From positions 1 through 64,000 of IMG/VR virus record IMGVR_UViG_3300029288_000120: 64,000 bases of DNA. One strand, 5' to 3'. Made by a program: the position numbers and the translations under genes. The notes under the pieces are model-generated. The model made no database searches. It was not told the DNA's origin and was given only the letters and a program-made list of their open reading frames with translations. Below, piece after piece: positions 45,198 to 54,517 of this stretch. Origin of the DNA: a virus. Lineage: Duplodnaviria > Caudoviricetes. Position 1 is the first letter of the stretch; every line of letters begins with the position of its first letter.

Positions 45198-46040
45198 ATG
45201 AGTAAGTTGTTTGAGAAAACCGTATGTCTGTCAGTTACGTTTCATATGGCTGGAGACAGTAGAGTTGGTGATCTTACTAGCATAGAAACCGATGCTGACA
45301 GATCGCGACTGAACCTGAGCAAGAAGATTTTTCAGTCGAAGAACTACAGGAAGATGAGGCGTTTGCGATGGCTCACGAAGCTGTGGATAATGAATCGAGC
45401 AGTTCCCTCCCCTTTGCGACATGGAACATTCTTGATTCCTCAACCCCTCGTAGAGGAAGTGTTGGGAAAAATCAATGAAGCGGAGGAACAATTCAACAAG
45501 CTCGCTGATGAGTTCATTGAAGAGTACCCAGTGTTGGTCAAGGAAGCGAAAGACCTTCTCCAATCTCAGTTTCGAAAAGAGAATTACCCAAACCCAAAAT
45601 CCATGCGGAGTAAGTTTTGGGTATCTCGAATGTTTGTTAAGTTCGAGAACGTCAAAGGAGTTGACCAAAACAAAGAGATACAAGATGCCATTGAGGATAT
45701 CAGAGGCACTCTTCGTATGGGAATGTTAGAGCTAGTGGAGAAGCTTGGTAAGATGCTTGGTGAAGGAAAGAATGGCAGAAAGAGTGTGGTTCGAAAAGAA
45801 GCCATACAAGCCTTCAATGATTGGATGGAGTTGCTGCCCAAGCGTAATGTTTTGGATGACGAGGAGCTAAAATCCCTTGCTGAGAAGGCCAAGTCATTGA
45901 TGAAAGGGAACACCCAAAGTGATCTACGGGATGTGGAGGGCATACGCAACAAGGTTCGCAAGGGTATGGGAGATATCAGTAAGCAGCTAAGAACCATGAT
46001 TGAAGCTGCTCCCCGTCGTTCGTTTAGTTTTGAGGAGTAG
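45198..46040 (+). CDS. DUF3150-like protein
   Basis: Helical; FLIP, F..EYP.L, YP....+..KF; follows the AAA ATPase. Confidence 0.5.
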   Translation: MSKLFEKTVCLSVTFHMAGDSRVGDLTSIETDADRSRLNLSKKIFQSKNYRKMRRLRWLTKLWIMNRAVPSPLRHGTFLIPQPLVEEVLGKINEAEEQFNKLADEFIEEYPVLVKEAKDLLQSQFRKENYPNPKSMRSKFWVSRMFVKFENVKGVDQNKEIQDAIEDIRGTLRMGMLELVEKLGKMLGEGKNGRKSVVRKEAIQAFNDWMELLPKRNVLDDEELKSLAEKAKSLMKGNTQSDLRDVEGIRNKVRKGMGDISKQLRTMIEAAPRRSFSFEE

Positions 46041-46052
46041 TATTTGTCTTTT

Positions 46053-46089
46053 GAGGGATTGGTATGCTGATTTTACCAATCCCTCTTAT
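46053..46089 (+). terminator. Hairpin terminator
   Basis: GAGGGATTGGTA/TACCAATCCCTC 12-bp perfect stem; short T-tract. Confidence 0.65.
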
Positions 46090-46145
46090 ACACTTTCAAA
46101 CAAAAGATACCATAAGAATAATGAGTAAGAAAGGAGGTGATGAAG

Positions 46146-46268
46146 ATGTATGATGACTTGTTTCAACCCAAGAAATTTTGTAGCATGGTTATAGCTACTA
46201 TCGTGCTTCTATTGGTCATGTTGTACCTGCCCAAGTTGATTGAAGAATCCATCAGATTTTTTGGCTAA
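46146..46268 (+). CDS. 40-aa single-TM peptide
   Basis: AAGGAGGTGA RBS; MYDDLFQPKKFCSMVIATIVLLLVMLYLPKLIEESIRFFG. Confidence 0.65.
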   Translation: MYDDLFQPKKFCSMVIATIVLLLVMLYLPKLIEESIRFFG

Positions 46269-46332
46269 TGGGCTTTTTCTTTATAGGTCAAACCATTATA
46301 ATACACCCATAATTCTTTCAAGGAGGCTGGTT

Positions 46333-46506
46333 ATGGAATCTAAGTATCTGGCCCAAGTTATTGTTTACAACGACAGAACATCCGACAAAGTCATTGTAGT
46401 TGGTACCAGAACCAACACAAAGGAAAAAGCACGGAGAGCCATTGTAGACAAAGTCTTTTCCCAGGGTTACTGGATTAGACAATTCAAAACCTTTTCCAAA
46501 GTTTAG
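46333..46506 (+). CDS. Hypothetical protein
   Basis: AGGAGG RBS; TATAAT at 46297. Confidence 0.6.
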   Translation: MESKYLAQVIVYNDRTSDKVIVVGTRTNTKEKARRAIVDKVFSQGYWIRQFKTFSKV

Positions 46507-46515
46507 GAGAACAAA

Positions 46516-47040
46516 ATGGAATCTGTGGTTATTGATGCAAAGAACGAGACCTACTGTGACATAGAGAAGATGCTCTACAAGATGGCTTGGCAAACTACGA
46601 AGAAGTTTGGGGGTGATTTTGAAGAGTATCTTTCAGCAGCAAACGAAGCATTTTCTGACGCCTACCTAACTTATAGGGAGGGCATGAATACATCCTTTAG
46701 TACATGGGTGTATTGGCAAGTTCGTGGCAGACTTCAACGTTCGACATTCAAGAACAAAATGGATAAGCACACAGTCAATACTGGGGAAGACATTGACCTA
46801 TCTATCTTTTCTTGTAGAGATAGTTTTGATGTATCTTCATTACTCAACGAGGTCTCCCATGATGCTCGTGTAGCCATAGAACTGATTATAGATAGCGATT
46901 TTGTGGACTTGAATCTCTCAAGCGAAATGATGTCCTGCATTCGCAGTGGCTTGTTGGTCAAACTACAAGAGATGGGTTGGTCAGTTGCCAGGGCAGTTGA
47001 TACCTTTTTTGAGATAAGGGAAGCTCTATGTCAAAGCTAG
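46516..47040 (+). CDS. Sigma-70-family (region 2) sigma factor-like protein
   Basis: DFEEYLS.A..AF..A...Y......FSTWVYWQVRG. Confidence 0.75.
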   Translation: MESVVIDAKNETYCDIEKMLYKMAWQTTKKFGGDFEEYLSAANEAFSDAYLTYREGMNTSFSTWVYWQVRGRLQRSTFKNKMDKHTVNTGEDIDLSIFSCRDSFDVSSLLNEVSHDARVAIELIIDSDFVDLNLSSEMMSCIRSGLLVKLQEMGWSVARAVDTFFEIREALCQS

Positions 47041-47225
47041 AGGTAAAAAGGTTGGGAAAGTACTGGTGGGTGATTGGTCTCATGGATGGTAAAGAAGAAT
47101 ACGGTCCAGTTGGCCCATATAATAACAGAAAGGAAGCAGTGGAAGGTAAAAGAGGCATGATAAGTTTTGAACGTAACAAAGATAAACCAGGATACATTAC
47201 TTCGGAGAGTCTAAGATATGAATAA
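47028..47225 (+). CDS. Hypothetical protein
   Basis: GPYNNRKEA motif; operon packing. Confidence 0.6.
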   Translation: MSKLEVKRLGKYWWVIGLMDGKEEYGPVGPYNNRKEAVEGKRGMISFERNKDKPGYITSESLRYE

Positions 47226-47508
47226 CCAAAACGAAAGAAAGTTACTCAGCAAGCTGTTGGAAGGATCAACTAGCAATGGTCTGACAAGCCAAGATTGCCA
47301 TGATCTATTGAAGTTGGTAATGGATACAACAGATCCTACCAAGCCTCAATTGAATGACAGCTACAACCGTCGTTGTAGGGTGTGTAACATTAGTGTAGTG
47401 CATAAGCACAGTTCGACAGGTATATGTACTGATTGTGCTATGGCTGCCCGTGCGGATGGCACATACCCACTAATAAGTGGTAGAGAAGTGTGTGATTTGA
47501 ATATATAG
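47218..47508 (+). CDS. Zinc-finger hypothetical protein
   Basis: CRVC...CTDC. Confidence 0.55.
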   Translation: MNNQNERKLLSKLLEGSTSNGLTSQDCHDLLKLVMDTTDPTKPQLNDSYNRRCRVCNISVVHKHSSTGICTDCAMAARADGTYPLISGREVCDLNI

Positions 47509-47512
47509 GAAA

Positions 47513-47959
47513 TTGAAAATGAAAGAAATCATAGAACAATATATCGTGAAAGATAACAAGACAACTGGCACTTGTCATTTTGAATCCGATGGAAAAGACA
47601 TGGGTGATAAATTCACTTTGTTTGCTAGTAGATTCAAACCGGATACTATGGTTCAAGTTACAGTAATAACTTCCGATAAAGTAGTAGCAAGACCCCATGA
47701 AGCAACTTTCATAAGAAGTAACACGTCAAAGGAGGAGACTTGGTTTTTGATTGCTATAAATCCCCTCACGTGTACTTTTGAAGAGATCGGAAAAGTTTGG
47801 AAAGACCATGAAAAGGGAGGTAATCACTGGAAGTGGGAGTTTCTTAATGGGGATGTACATTGTGAGATCTCTAGGGCACAGTGTTTATTCAGTATGGAAA
47901 CTCTGGCTGCTGAACAAAATGTATTTGGTTATGCTTTTACCTATGTTTGGAATGAGTAA
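47513..47959 (+). CDS. Hypothetical protein
   Basis: Operon packing. Confidence 0.55.
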   Translation: MKMKEIIEQYIVKDNKTTGTCHFESDGKDMGDKFTLFASRFKPDTMVQVTVITSDKVVARPHEATFIRSNTSKEETWFLIAINPLTCTFEEIGKVWKDHEKGGNHWKWEFLNGDVHCEISRAQCLFSMETLAAEQNVFGYAFTYVWNE

Positions 47960-48164
47960 AATGGATCATGTATTCGAAGCACTGCGAGCCATGGCTTGGG
48001 AGAGGGCCAAGGGGGAATTGCGATCAATATCACAGATAGGACCAGCTTTTTTCTGTGAGAAAGATGGAATAGTAATGGAGAATGTTAGAAGTAAGGAATT
48101 TATGAAGTTGGTGGATGACTTTATAGAAGCAGTGGAAGATGAAGAACTTTACTCTTACAAATAG
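47952..48164 (+). CDS. Hypothetical protein
   Basis: Start moved to the ATG overlapping the upstream gene end. Confidence 0.55.
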   Translation: MSKMDHVFEALRAMAWERAKGELRSISQIGPAFFCEKDGIVMENVRSKEFMKLVDDFIEAVEDEELYSYK

Positions 48165-48191
48165 TCAACAAATTCAATACTGAGAAAAACA

Positions 48192-48470
48192 ATGGTTAGG
48201 CGAACTCTAAAATACATTTGGTTGTTCTTGAGGTTTCTTCCCATACTAAAATGTCCTGTATGCAAGGGAAAGGGAGGATGGTTTGATTATTACCATGAGT
48301 GGGATGAGTGCACTGCCTGCACAACTGATTTTTCAAACAACCAACTTGATAGTTATCTCTGGTTAGTTGATTATTCAGATTCTCGTTTGCTGGGAAGAGT
48401 ATCGCCTTGCCAATGGTTTAGAATCAAAAAGCTAGTTGAGAATTACAAAAAGGTAGCAGAAAAGTGGTAG
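48192..48470 (+). CDS. Zinc-finger hypothetical protein
   Basis: CPVCKGKGG...CTAC. Confidence 0.55.
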   Translation: MVRRTLKYIWLFLRFLPILKCPVCKGKGGWFDYYHEWDECTACTTDFSNNQLDSYLWLVDYSDSRLLGRVSPCQWFRIKKLVENYKKVAEKW

Positions 48471-48500
48471 AGAAGGAAACTAAACCTAAGGAGACTTAAA

Positions 48501-48980
48501 ATGAAAACACAAAGAGATATTGGAACAGCTCGTGTTGTAAAGTTTTGTAACGGACTACACAAAACGCTTTCACCCATCGGTCACGAAGCGGACGATGATG
48601 GTTGGGATGGGGCACTTGTGGACATTCCAGTAAACACAATAGTCAAACTTTCCATCGAAGAAGAAGTCGAGGAAGCCGAGCCGAAACGCATACTGATCGT
48701 GCCGGAAAATGTTGTGATTATTCAGGTTGGAACTTACGCTCACATATGTCTGGTTACTGAAAAATTAGGGCTAGCAATTGGTAAGTTTGCCATGGACGGT
48801 AGCTGGGAAGTAAATGGTTTCTCTGGGACGCATCGTGGTAGAGCATTAACAGAATCATCCGCCAAGCAAGCCGCTCTCGAATGTCTTGCAAACATCAACG
48901 AGCACGGTTTCGGCTGGACTGCCGACGGGCAGGTGGACTTGTTGAAGAAGTTGACGAAGGAGGAGGTTAAAAATGGATGA
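48501..48980 (+). CDS. Hypothetical protein
   Basis: AAGGAG RBS; weak similarity to 49664..50116. Confidence 0.6.
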   Translation: MKTQRDIGTARVVKFCNGLHKTLSPIGHEADDDGWDGALVDIPVNTIVKLSIEEEVEEAEPKRILIVPENVVIIQVGTYAHICLVTEKLGLAIGKFAMDGSWEVNGFSGTHRGRALTESSAKQAALECLANINEHGFGWTADGQVDLLKKLTKEEVKNG

Positions 48981-49182
48981 TAAGAAAACACTCATTATTG
49001 CTATCAATTACAAAGCAGCGAGAAAATGGGCACGCCGTGAGAAAGTGCATGATTGGGAATTTATCAGCCGACCAGAACAACTAGTTGGGCTATCCTGTAA
49101 GGATTTTCATTGGGTTGCTATGTATGGCTGGTGGGATAATCCCGCGGCCGAAGAATGGGAAAGGTGGATTGCAAATGGCTGA
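48973..49182 (+). CDS. Hypothetical protein
   Basis: AGGAGG RBS. Confidence 0.6.
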   Translation: MDDKKTLIIAINYKAARKWARREKVHDWEFISRPEQLVGLSCKDFHWVAMYGWWDNPAAEEWERWIANG

Positions 49183-49363
49183 ACAAAAAGAATGCTGCGG
49201 CAAGTGCCGATTTTGGTTAGAGAAGATTCCAAATTCAACCGATAACTGGCCTGGCACTTGCCGCAGATTTCCACCAGATATGTGGTGCAGTTCTGCGAGT
49301 GACGAATGGTGTGGTGAATATGAGCCGGTGAAGGAAAAGGAAAGCGAGGCAAGCAATGTCTAA
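49175..49363 (+). CDS. Small Cys-rich protein
   Basis: CGKCRFW...CRRFPP...WCGEY. Confidence 0.6.
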   Translation: MAEQKECCGKCRFWLEKIPNSTDNWPGTCRRFPPDMWCSSASDEWCGEYEPVKEKESEASNV

Positions 49364-49661
49364 GTGTTTGCGATGTGGTGCAGGATCAGACTGGATTGAA
49401 GGGAAGGTGCCTGCAAAACCTAGGGATGACGAGATATTTGACTTACGTAATGAAGTGGAGCGACTGCGAACGATCATTACAGAACTGAGAATTATTCTTG
49501 ATAATGATTGGGATAAACACAATCCAAACAAACCAACTCCAGATTGGGAAATGATTGCTCTATCAGCAGCTGATATTAAGAGTGGAAGATATCAATTACT
49601 TGATGAGTTTATTGGTAAGTTAAAAATTGAAGACTCTGAAGTGTCGAGAAAGGAAGGATAG
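49356..49661 (+). CDS. Hypothetical protein
   Basis: CLRC plus coiled coil. Confidence 0.55.
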   Translation: MSKCLRCGAGSDWIEGKVPAKPRDDEIFDLRNEVERLRTIITELRIILDNDWDKHNPNKPTPDWEMIALSAADIKSGRYQLLDEFIGKLKIEDSEVSRKEG

Positions 49662-49663
49662 CA

Positions 49664-50116
49664 ATGTCAGTAATTTCTGAGTATACGGTCCAAGAACGGG
49701 GAGACCAAAACTATTTTGTTCCTAATTCAGAATTGGATGGAAACGCCAGAGGTTGTATAGGTATACACTCAGCAAGCGATTTTCCTATTGGAACCAAGAT
49801 AGTAATCACTGCCATCGAGCCGGAAATGCAAATCGTGATGCCAGAGGGAATGCGATGGATAGAAAATGAAAACTGTAATAAGATTTTGTGTACAAAAGAT
49901 GGTGCAGCAATTGCTCGTGTGTGTCGTGATGGAAATCCTAATTATAGTGAACCCAGAACATTCCAGTGGAAACTTCTAGAAGAGCAAAATTCACAAGTAG
50001 AAGGACAACAGGCTATACTAGAGTTGTTTGCAGAAAAAGGTTGGTATGGTGTTCGCCATAAGTATGCGAACAAGAAAGAAAAACAACTTCCCCCCACGAT
50101 ACCAACAATTTACTAA
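49664..50116 (+). CDS. Hypothetical protein
   Basis: Operon packing. Confidence 0.55.
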   Translation: MSVISEYTVQERGDQNYFVPNSELDGNARGCIGIHSASDFPIGTKIVITAIEPEMQIVMPEGMRWIENENCNKILCTKDGAAIARVCRDGNPNYSEPRTFQWKLLEEQNSQVEGQQAILELFAEKGWYGVRHKYANKKEKQLPPTIPTIY

Positions 50117-50135
50117 ACAGAAAGGGAGATCAATA

Positions 50136-50465
50136 ATGTCAGTTTACGTCGATGAACTGCACATTGTTCTTCCTGGAACTAAGCAGAATTTCAAATACCC
50201 AGAATCCTGTCACCTCATGGCAGATTCAGAAAAAGAGTTAGAAGATTTTGCTAAGAAACTTGGTCTGAGAAAGGCTTGGAAACATGAGGACCATTATGAT
50301 CTCACGCAAAACAAGAGACAGAAGGCAATCAAGCTTGGAGCTATTGAAACTACATCCAGAGAACTTGCTAAGAAAAGAAGAGTGAAAGCACTAGCAGTTA
50401 GTCAGACTGAAGGATATGTTATTGACTTTAATGCACCTGTTCTCATCAAAAGAATGGGAGAGTGA
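50136..50465 (+). CDS. DUF4031-like protein
   Basis: VYVD, CHLMADS..EL..FA..LG, HYDLT..KR..AI.LGA. Confidence 0.75.
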   Translation: MSVYVDELHIVLPGTKQNFKYPESCHLMADSEKELEDFAKKLGLRKAWKHEDHYDLTQNKRQKAIKLGAIETTSRELAKKRRVKALAVSQTEGYVIDFNAPVLIKRMGE

Positions 50466-50728
50466 GGCTGAAAATGGGTGATATTAAATGCGTAGAAGAC
50501 AACATAACCACAGTTGGTCAGTTAAGGGAATACCTTAAACAATTTCCAGATGATTTGGCGATTGGTGGCAGTGATGACCAGCAAAGACTTGATTACTGCC
50601 ATTTAAGTTTTTACTTATCTGATAGGAGTAAAGATACCATAGAGGAGTTTAATCCTGATGATCCACTACTAAATGAGTGGTGGGAAGGTCCTCCTCCTAT
50701 TAAAGTGTTGGTAATAGATACAGAATAA
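50462..50728 (+). CDS. Hypothetical protein
   Basis: TVGQLREYLKQFPDD, a motif common in small phage proteins. Confidence 0.6.
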   Translation: MRLKMGDIKCVEDNITTVGQLREYLKQFPDDLAIGGSDDQQRLDYCHLSFYLSDRSKDTIEEFNPDDPLLNEWWEGPPPIKVLVIDTE

Positions 50729-50770
50729 CAATCTTTATAATAGCAGGATATAATAGGGTTGCCCCTATCA

Positions 50771-51127
50771 ATGCCAGAACAAATAGATTGGAGAATAGAA
50801 TCAATGTACTCTGAAGATTACCTCACTGAATTGAAGGCCGGTGGTGATTTGCTAAAACAACTAAAGGTACTTGCAGCAGAGTATACTGGTCCTTGTTCCC
50901 AAAGCATGCTCGTGATGCAGGCAAATCAAATAAAGAGACAAGCATTACTAGATGCAGTTAGCAAAATTGAGGTACTACAAACTGATTTAACAGAAGCAAT
51001 AACTTGTCTTCGCTTGCTTGACCAAGCAGGGGCTATTCCCCAACTAGACTCTTTGCCTAAGAAGACAGTAACAGCCATTGGTGGAGTTACACGAATGACA
51101 AGGACATTGCTTTCTAGATACATATAA
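50771..51127 (+). CDS. Hypothetical protein
   Basis: ORF after TATAAT at ~50748. Confidence 0.5.
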   Translation: MPEQIDWRIESMYSEDYLTELKAGGDLLKQLKVLAAEYTGPCSQSMLVMQANQIKRQALLDAVSKIEVLQTDLTEAITCLRLLDQAGAIPQLDSLPKKTVTAIGGVTRMTRTLLSRYI

Positions 51128-51134
51128 TAAGAAT

Positions 51135-52505
51135 ATGAGCGATATAAAACCATTCAAGTTCCAAAAAGAATGTATTGAAGAACTAGAAAGGTTTAACGGC
51201 AGGGCTTTGTTAAGTGCAGATATGGGTCTAGGTAAGACCCTAATGTCCCTGTGGTCTCTGCAGAAGAACCTTAGCAGAGCCCTGCCAATCATTGTTGTTT
51301 GCCCCGCATCCATAAAATATCAGTGGAGAGGAGAAATATGGAGATGCCTTGAAATAAAGGCGTTCGTAGCAGAGGGCAGGAAGGCCACAAGGAAACAAAC
51401 AAATCCCAAGGTTATAGTAATCAACTATGACATTCTTAAAGATTGGTTACCTTGGTTAAGATCTAAGAAACCAGGTTCTGTAATACTGGACGAGTGCCAG
51501 TTCATTTCCAATCACAATACTCTACGCACCAAAGCAGTAAAGGCTCTTTGTCTTGGTGTGAATCATATCATTGCCCTTTCTGGCACACCCATGATGAACC
51601 GTCCTATGGAATTGTTTACAGTACTCAATATCTTGAAACCTGTTACTTTTTCCAGTCGTTGGTCTTACGGAATGAAATACTGTGATGGCAAAAAGAATCG
51701 CTGGGGATGGGAATTCAAAGGAGCAACACGAGTAGAAGAGTTAAATGACTTATTGTTGAAGACCTGTATGGTACGTAGAAGAAAATCAGAAGTATTGAGT
51801 GAGTTACCCAACAAGATGAGGCAAGTGGTACCGTTCAAGTTGGATAATATATCTGAGTACCAAAATGCCGATGATGATTTTATGGGTTGGTTAGAAAAGA
51901 GAGATCCAGAAGCTGTGTATAGAGCAGAACGAGCACAAACACTTGTGAAGGTTGGGTACTTACTACGACTTGCTGCTGAGTTGAAATTGAAGTATACCAT
52001 TCAATGGATAAACGACTTTCTGGAATCCACTGATAGAAAAATAGTAGTATTCACCAAGCATAGAAATATGCTAGCTGAGTTGAGAAGTGGTATTAAGTAT
52101 GTGTCTGTTACAGTTGCTGGGGGTATGAATGCTATCAAGAAGAATCAGGCAGCAAAAGCTTTTCAAACAGATGAGAACATCAGAGTGTTCTTGGGAAATA
52201 TAGAGGCAGCAGGAATAGGTTTGAATCTAACAGCAGCATCTGATGTTGTCTTTGCTGAAATGGCTTGGCGACCTACAGATCATACACAAGCTGAAGATCG
52301 CTGCCATAGAATAGGGCAGACAGATACAGTATGGGCACATTATTTGATTGCAGAAGATACAATAGAGGAAAAGCTCTGCAAGATCATCCAGGACAAGCAG
52401 AGTGTCATTTCTGACATACTGGATGGCAGGAAGATGGAAGGAGACCTGGATGTGTTTGATAGATTGATGAGATCAATTACGAAAGGAAAAGGATTGATAA
52501 AATGA
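51135..52505 (+). CDS. SNF2-family (HARP-like) helicase/translocase
   Basis: DMGLGKT, LDECQ, LSGTP, GLNLT, QAEDRCHRIGQ. Confidence 0.93.
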   Translation: MSDIKPFKFQKECIEELERFNGRALLSADMGLGKTLMSLWSLQKNLSRALPIIVVCPASIKYQWRGEIWRCLEIKAFVAEGRKATRKQTNPKVIVINYDILKDWLPWLRSKKPGSVILDECQFISNHNTLRTKAVKALCLGVNHIIALSGTPMMNRPMELFTVLNILKPVTFSSRWSYGMKYCDGKKNRWGWEFKGATRVEELNDLLLKTCMVRRRKSEVLSELPNKMRQVVPFKLDNISEYQNADDDFMGWLEKRDPEAVYRAERAQTLVKVGYLLRLAAELKLKYTIQWINDFLESTDRKIVVFTKHRNMLAELRSGIKYVSVTVAGGMNAIKKNQAAKAFQTDENIRVFLGNIEAAGIGLNLTAASDVVFAEMAWRPTDHTQAEDRCHRIGQTDTVWAHYLIAEDTIEEKLCKIIQDKQSVISDILDGRKMEGDLDVFDRLMRSITKGKGLIK

Positions 52506-52762
52506 TTCCAGTAACACAGTTTCTTAGAGCAGATGGAATTAGAAGAAACTTACAGATAAAACTTTCACAGGATTATGAGAAGAAGGCAGCAAAAATAATT
52601 GAAGATGGCTGTTGCTTTGAGTGTGAAGTGTTGAATACACTTGAAGTATCTTTTTCTATATCCGATGGAGAAGGGGATATCTACATCGCAGTAGCAAGAA
52701 AACAACCAAAGGCTCTTGAAGCATTGGAAAAAATAATAGATGACTACTTTGCAGATGAGTAA
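52502..52762 (+). CDS. Hypothetical protein
   Basis: Operon packing. Confidence 0.6.
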   Translation: MIPVTQFLRADGIRRNLQIKLSQDYEKKAAKIIEDGCCFECEVLNTLEVSFSISDGEGDIYIAVARKQPKALEALEKIIDDYFADE

Positions 52763-52767
52763 TTGCT

Positions 52768-53646
52768 ATGGACATAACCGAGATTCTTGCAGAGAGTAAT
52801 ATAGAGTACAAAGAGGCAGGTGCCCACCATCATACCCGACCGGGATGGGTAAACATTGATTGTCCAATGTGTGGTAGGGGATCAGGTAAATTCCATTTGG
52901 GTATAAACATCTCTCATGGTTATGCCAACTGTTGGAAGTGTGGACCTATCTCTCTCTTTACTATACTAAGGGAATTGACCAGTGCTTCTTATGAAGAGAT
53001 AAAGGAAGTAACAAGGGGCTATCATGGAAGAGTAGAGAAGGGCAAGAAGAAAACAGGCAAGTTAAAGATTCCTGATAACCTCACACCTTTATCAAAACAA
53101 GCTATAGAGTATCTTGTTAGTAGAAACTTCAATCCCAAAACCATAGAGAGATTGTGGCAGGTAAGATCAACAGGTTGCATAGGTCGTCTGCAATGGAGGA
53201 TATGGATACCCATATACTATCAAGGACAAGTGGTAAGCTGGACAACAAGGGCTATAGGCAATGATTCTACCAGGTATGTTACAGCTAAGCCAGAAGAGGA
53301 AAGCATGTTCCACAAGCACCTGTTGTATGGTGAGGATTATGTGAGGCATTCGATTGTAGTTACTGAGGGACCCCTTGATGTATGGGCCCTCGGCCCCGGG
53401 GCTGTTTGCACGTTTGGGCTAAATTTTTCGATTGAACAGGTGGAAAAGATATCCAAATATGCAGTTCGCACTATATGCTTTGACGCCGACAATGATCCCA
53501 AAACGCAGCAGAGGGCTAGTATGTTGTCAAAACAATTGGAGCCGTTCCCTGGTGTCACAAACGTCGTTAAATTGGAGTCTGGCAAGGATCTGGCTGAGTG
53601 TGCAGGGTGGGAATTGAATGATATTCGCAGATTATATTTAATATAG
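52768..53646 (+). CDS. DNA primase (Zn finger + TOPRIM)
   Basis: CPMC...CWKC, VTEGPLD, CFDAD, KD. Confidence 0.85.
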   Translation: MDITEILAESNIEYKEAGAHHHTRPGWVNIDCPMCGRGSGKFHLGINISHGYANCWKCGPISLFTILRELTSASYEEIKEVTRGYHGRVEKGKKKTGKLKIPDNLTPLSKQAIEYLVSRNFNPKTIERLWQVRSTGCIGRLQWRIWIPIYYQGQVVSWTTRAIGNDSTRYVTAKPEEESMFHKHLLYGEDYVRHSIVVTEGPLDVWALGPGAVCTFGLNFSIEQVEKISKYAVRTICFDADNDPKTQQRASMLSKQLEPFPGVTNVVKLESGKDLAECAGWELNDIRRLYLI

Positions 53647-53685
53647 AATATTTAATATGTGATATTTAATACATTAAATATTCTA
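53644..53685. repeat. AT-rich 13-bp inverted repeat with ATATTTAAT repeats
   Basis: TAGAATATTTAAT ... ATTAAATATTCTA. Confidence 0.7.
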
Positions 53686-53718
53686 AAAAATCCCTATTTG
53701 GACTACTTTTTATTTGAC

Positions 53719-53886
53719 TATAATAAGAGGAGATTTGAAAAACAAAAGGCGTTGTGGCACTCAATGTCTTTCCAAAAACATGAAGCAAGCCAATGCTATT
53801 ATCTTTTGAAATTATGATTACTTGCTGGCTGTTTTTGGAAAGCCACTTGACCCACCCCGGTGCCAAAATGGGGTGGGTTTCTTTTT
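53719..53886 (+). promoter_or_regulatory. Promoter + structured leader + terminator (attenuator or sRNA) before the replication genes
   Basis: TATAAT 53719; 13-bp stem 53768-80/53830-42; terminator ACCCACCCC/GGGGTGGGT followed by TTCTTTTT. Confidence 0.6.
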
Positions 53887-53897
53887 CCGTATAGCAT

Positions 53898-54488
53898 ATG
53901 GGCATAAATATGATAGATGACTACAACTCTTTTACAATTGAAGGATATGGTGTATCTGCCAGGATACACAATCTATTCAAGAATGGTGTTATCAACTCAA
54001 AGGAAATGATGCTTCTCGCTCTGGTAGATTCCTATACTAGCGAGGATGAAGATGATGAGCGTGAAGAATACTTGTGTATAGATGCTTGCCTACTGGCAGA
54101 TTTTCTTGGCATTTCCGAAGCCAGAACACATAAAAGCATACGTCATCTCATAAGGCTACACTTACTACAAGTGTTACAAGATGAGGATGACGATCTCTGC
54201 CTCAAGGTATTAGATCCCAAGCAGAAGGGAATTGGTTTGTGGATATCTGAGTATGCCATGAGGAGGTTTTATGATGGTGATGTAAATCTAAGGGAGGCTG
54301 CAATGCTTTCAATCATTGAAGACTTTACAATGGAGAACAGAGAATGCCCCATTTCTAACAGTGAGTTTGCTCAAAGACTGAGAGCATCCATCCCCTCAGT
54401 ACAGGTTATGTTACAACACTTGCAAAAGCAGGGTCTAGTTGAGAGAATTAGATATGATGGAAAAATTCGTTATCTAAAAATTTGTTAA
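53898..54488 (+). CDS. Tandem winged-HTH protein related to the initiator N-terminus
   Basis: Two internal repeats (IN..E..LL..., LA..LGIS) matching the N-terminus of 54518..55552. Confidence 0.7.
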   Translation: MGINMIDDYNSFTIEGYGVSARIHNLFKNGVINSKEMMLLALVDSYTSEDEDDEREEYLCIDACLLADFLGISEARTHKSIRHLIRLHLLQVLQDEDDDLCLKVLDPKQKGIGLWISEYAMRRFYDGDVNLREAAMLSIIEDFTMENRECPISNSEFAQRLRASIPSVQVMLQHLQKQGLVERIRYDGKIRYLKIC

Positions 54489-54517
54489 TTTCAAGTTCTA
54501 ATCAAAAGGATAAGAAA

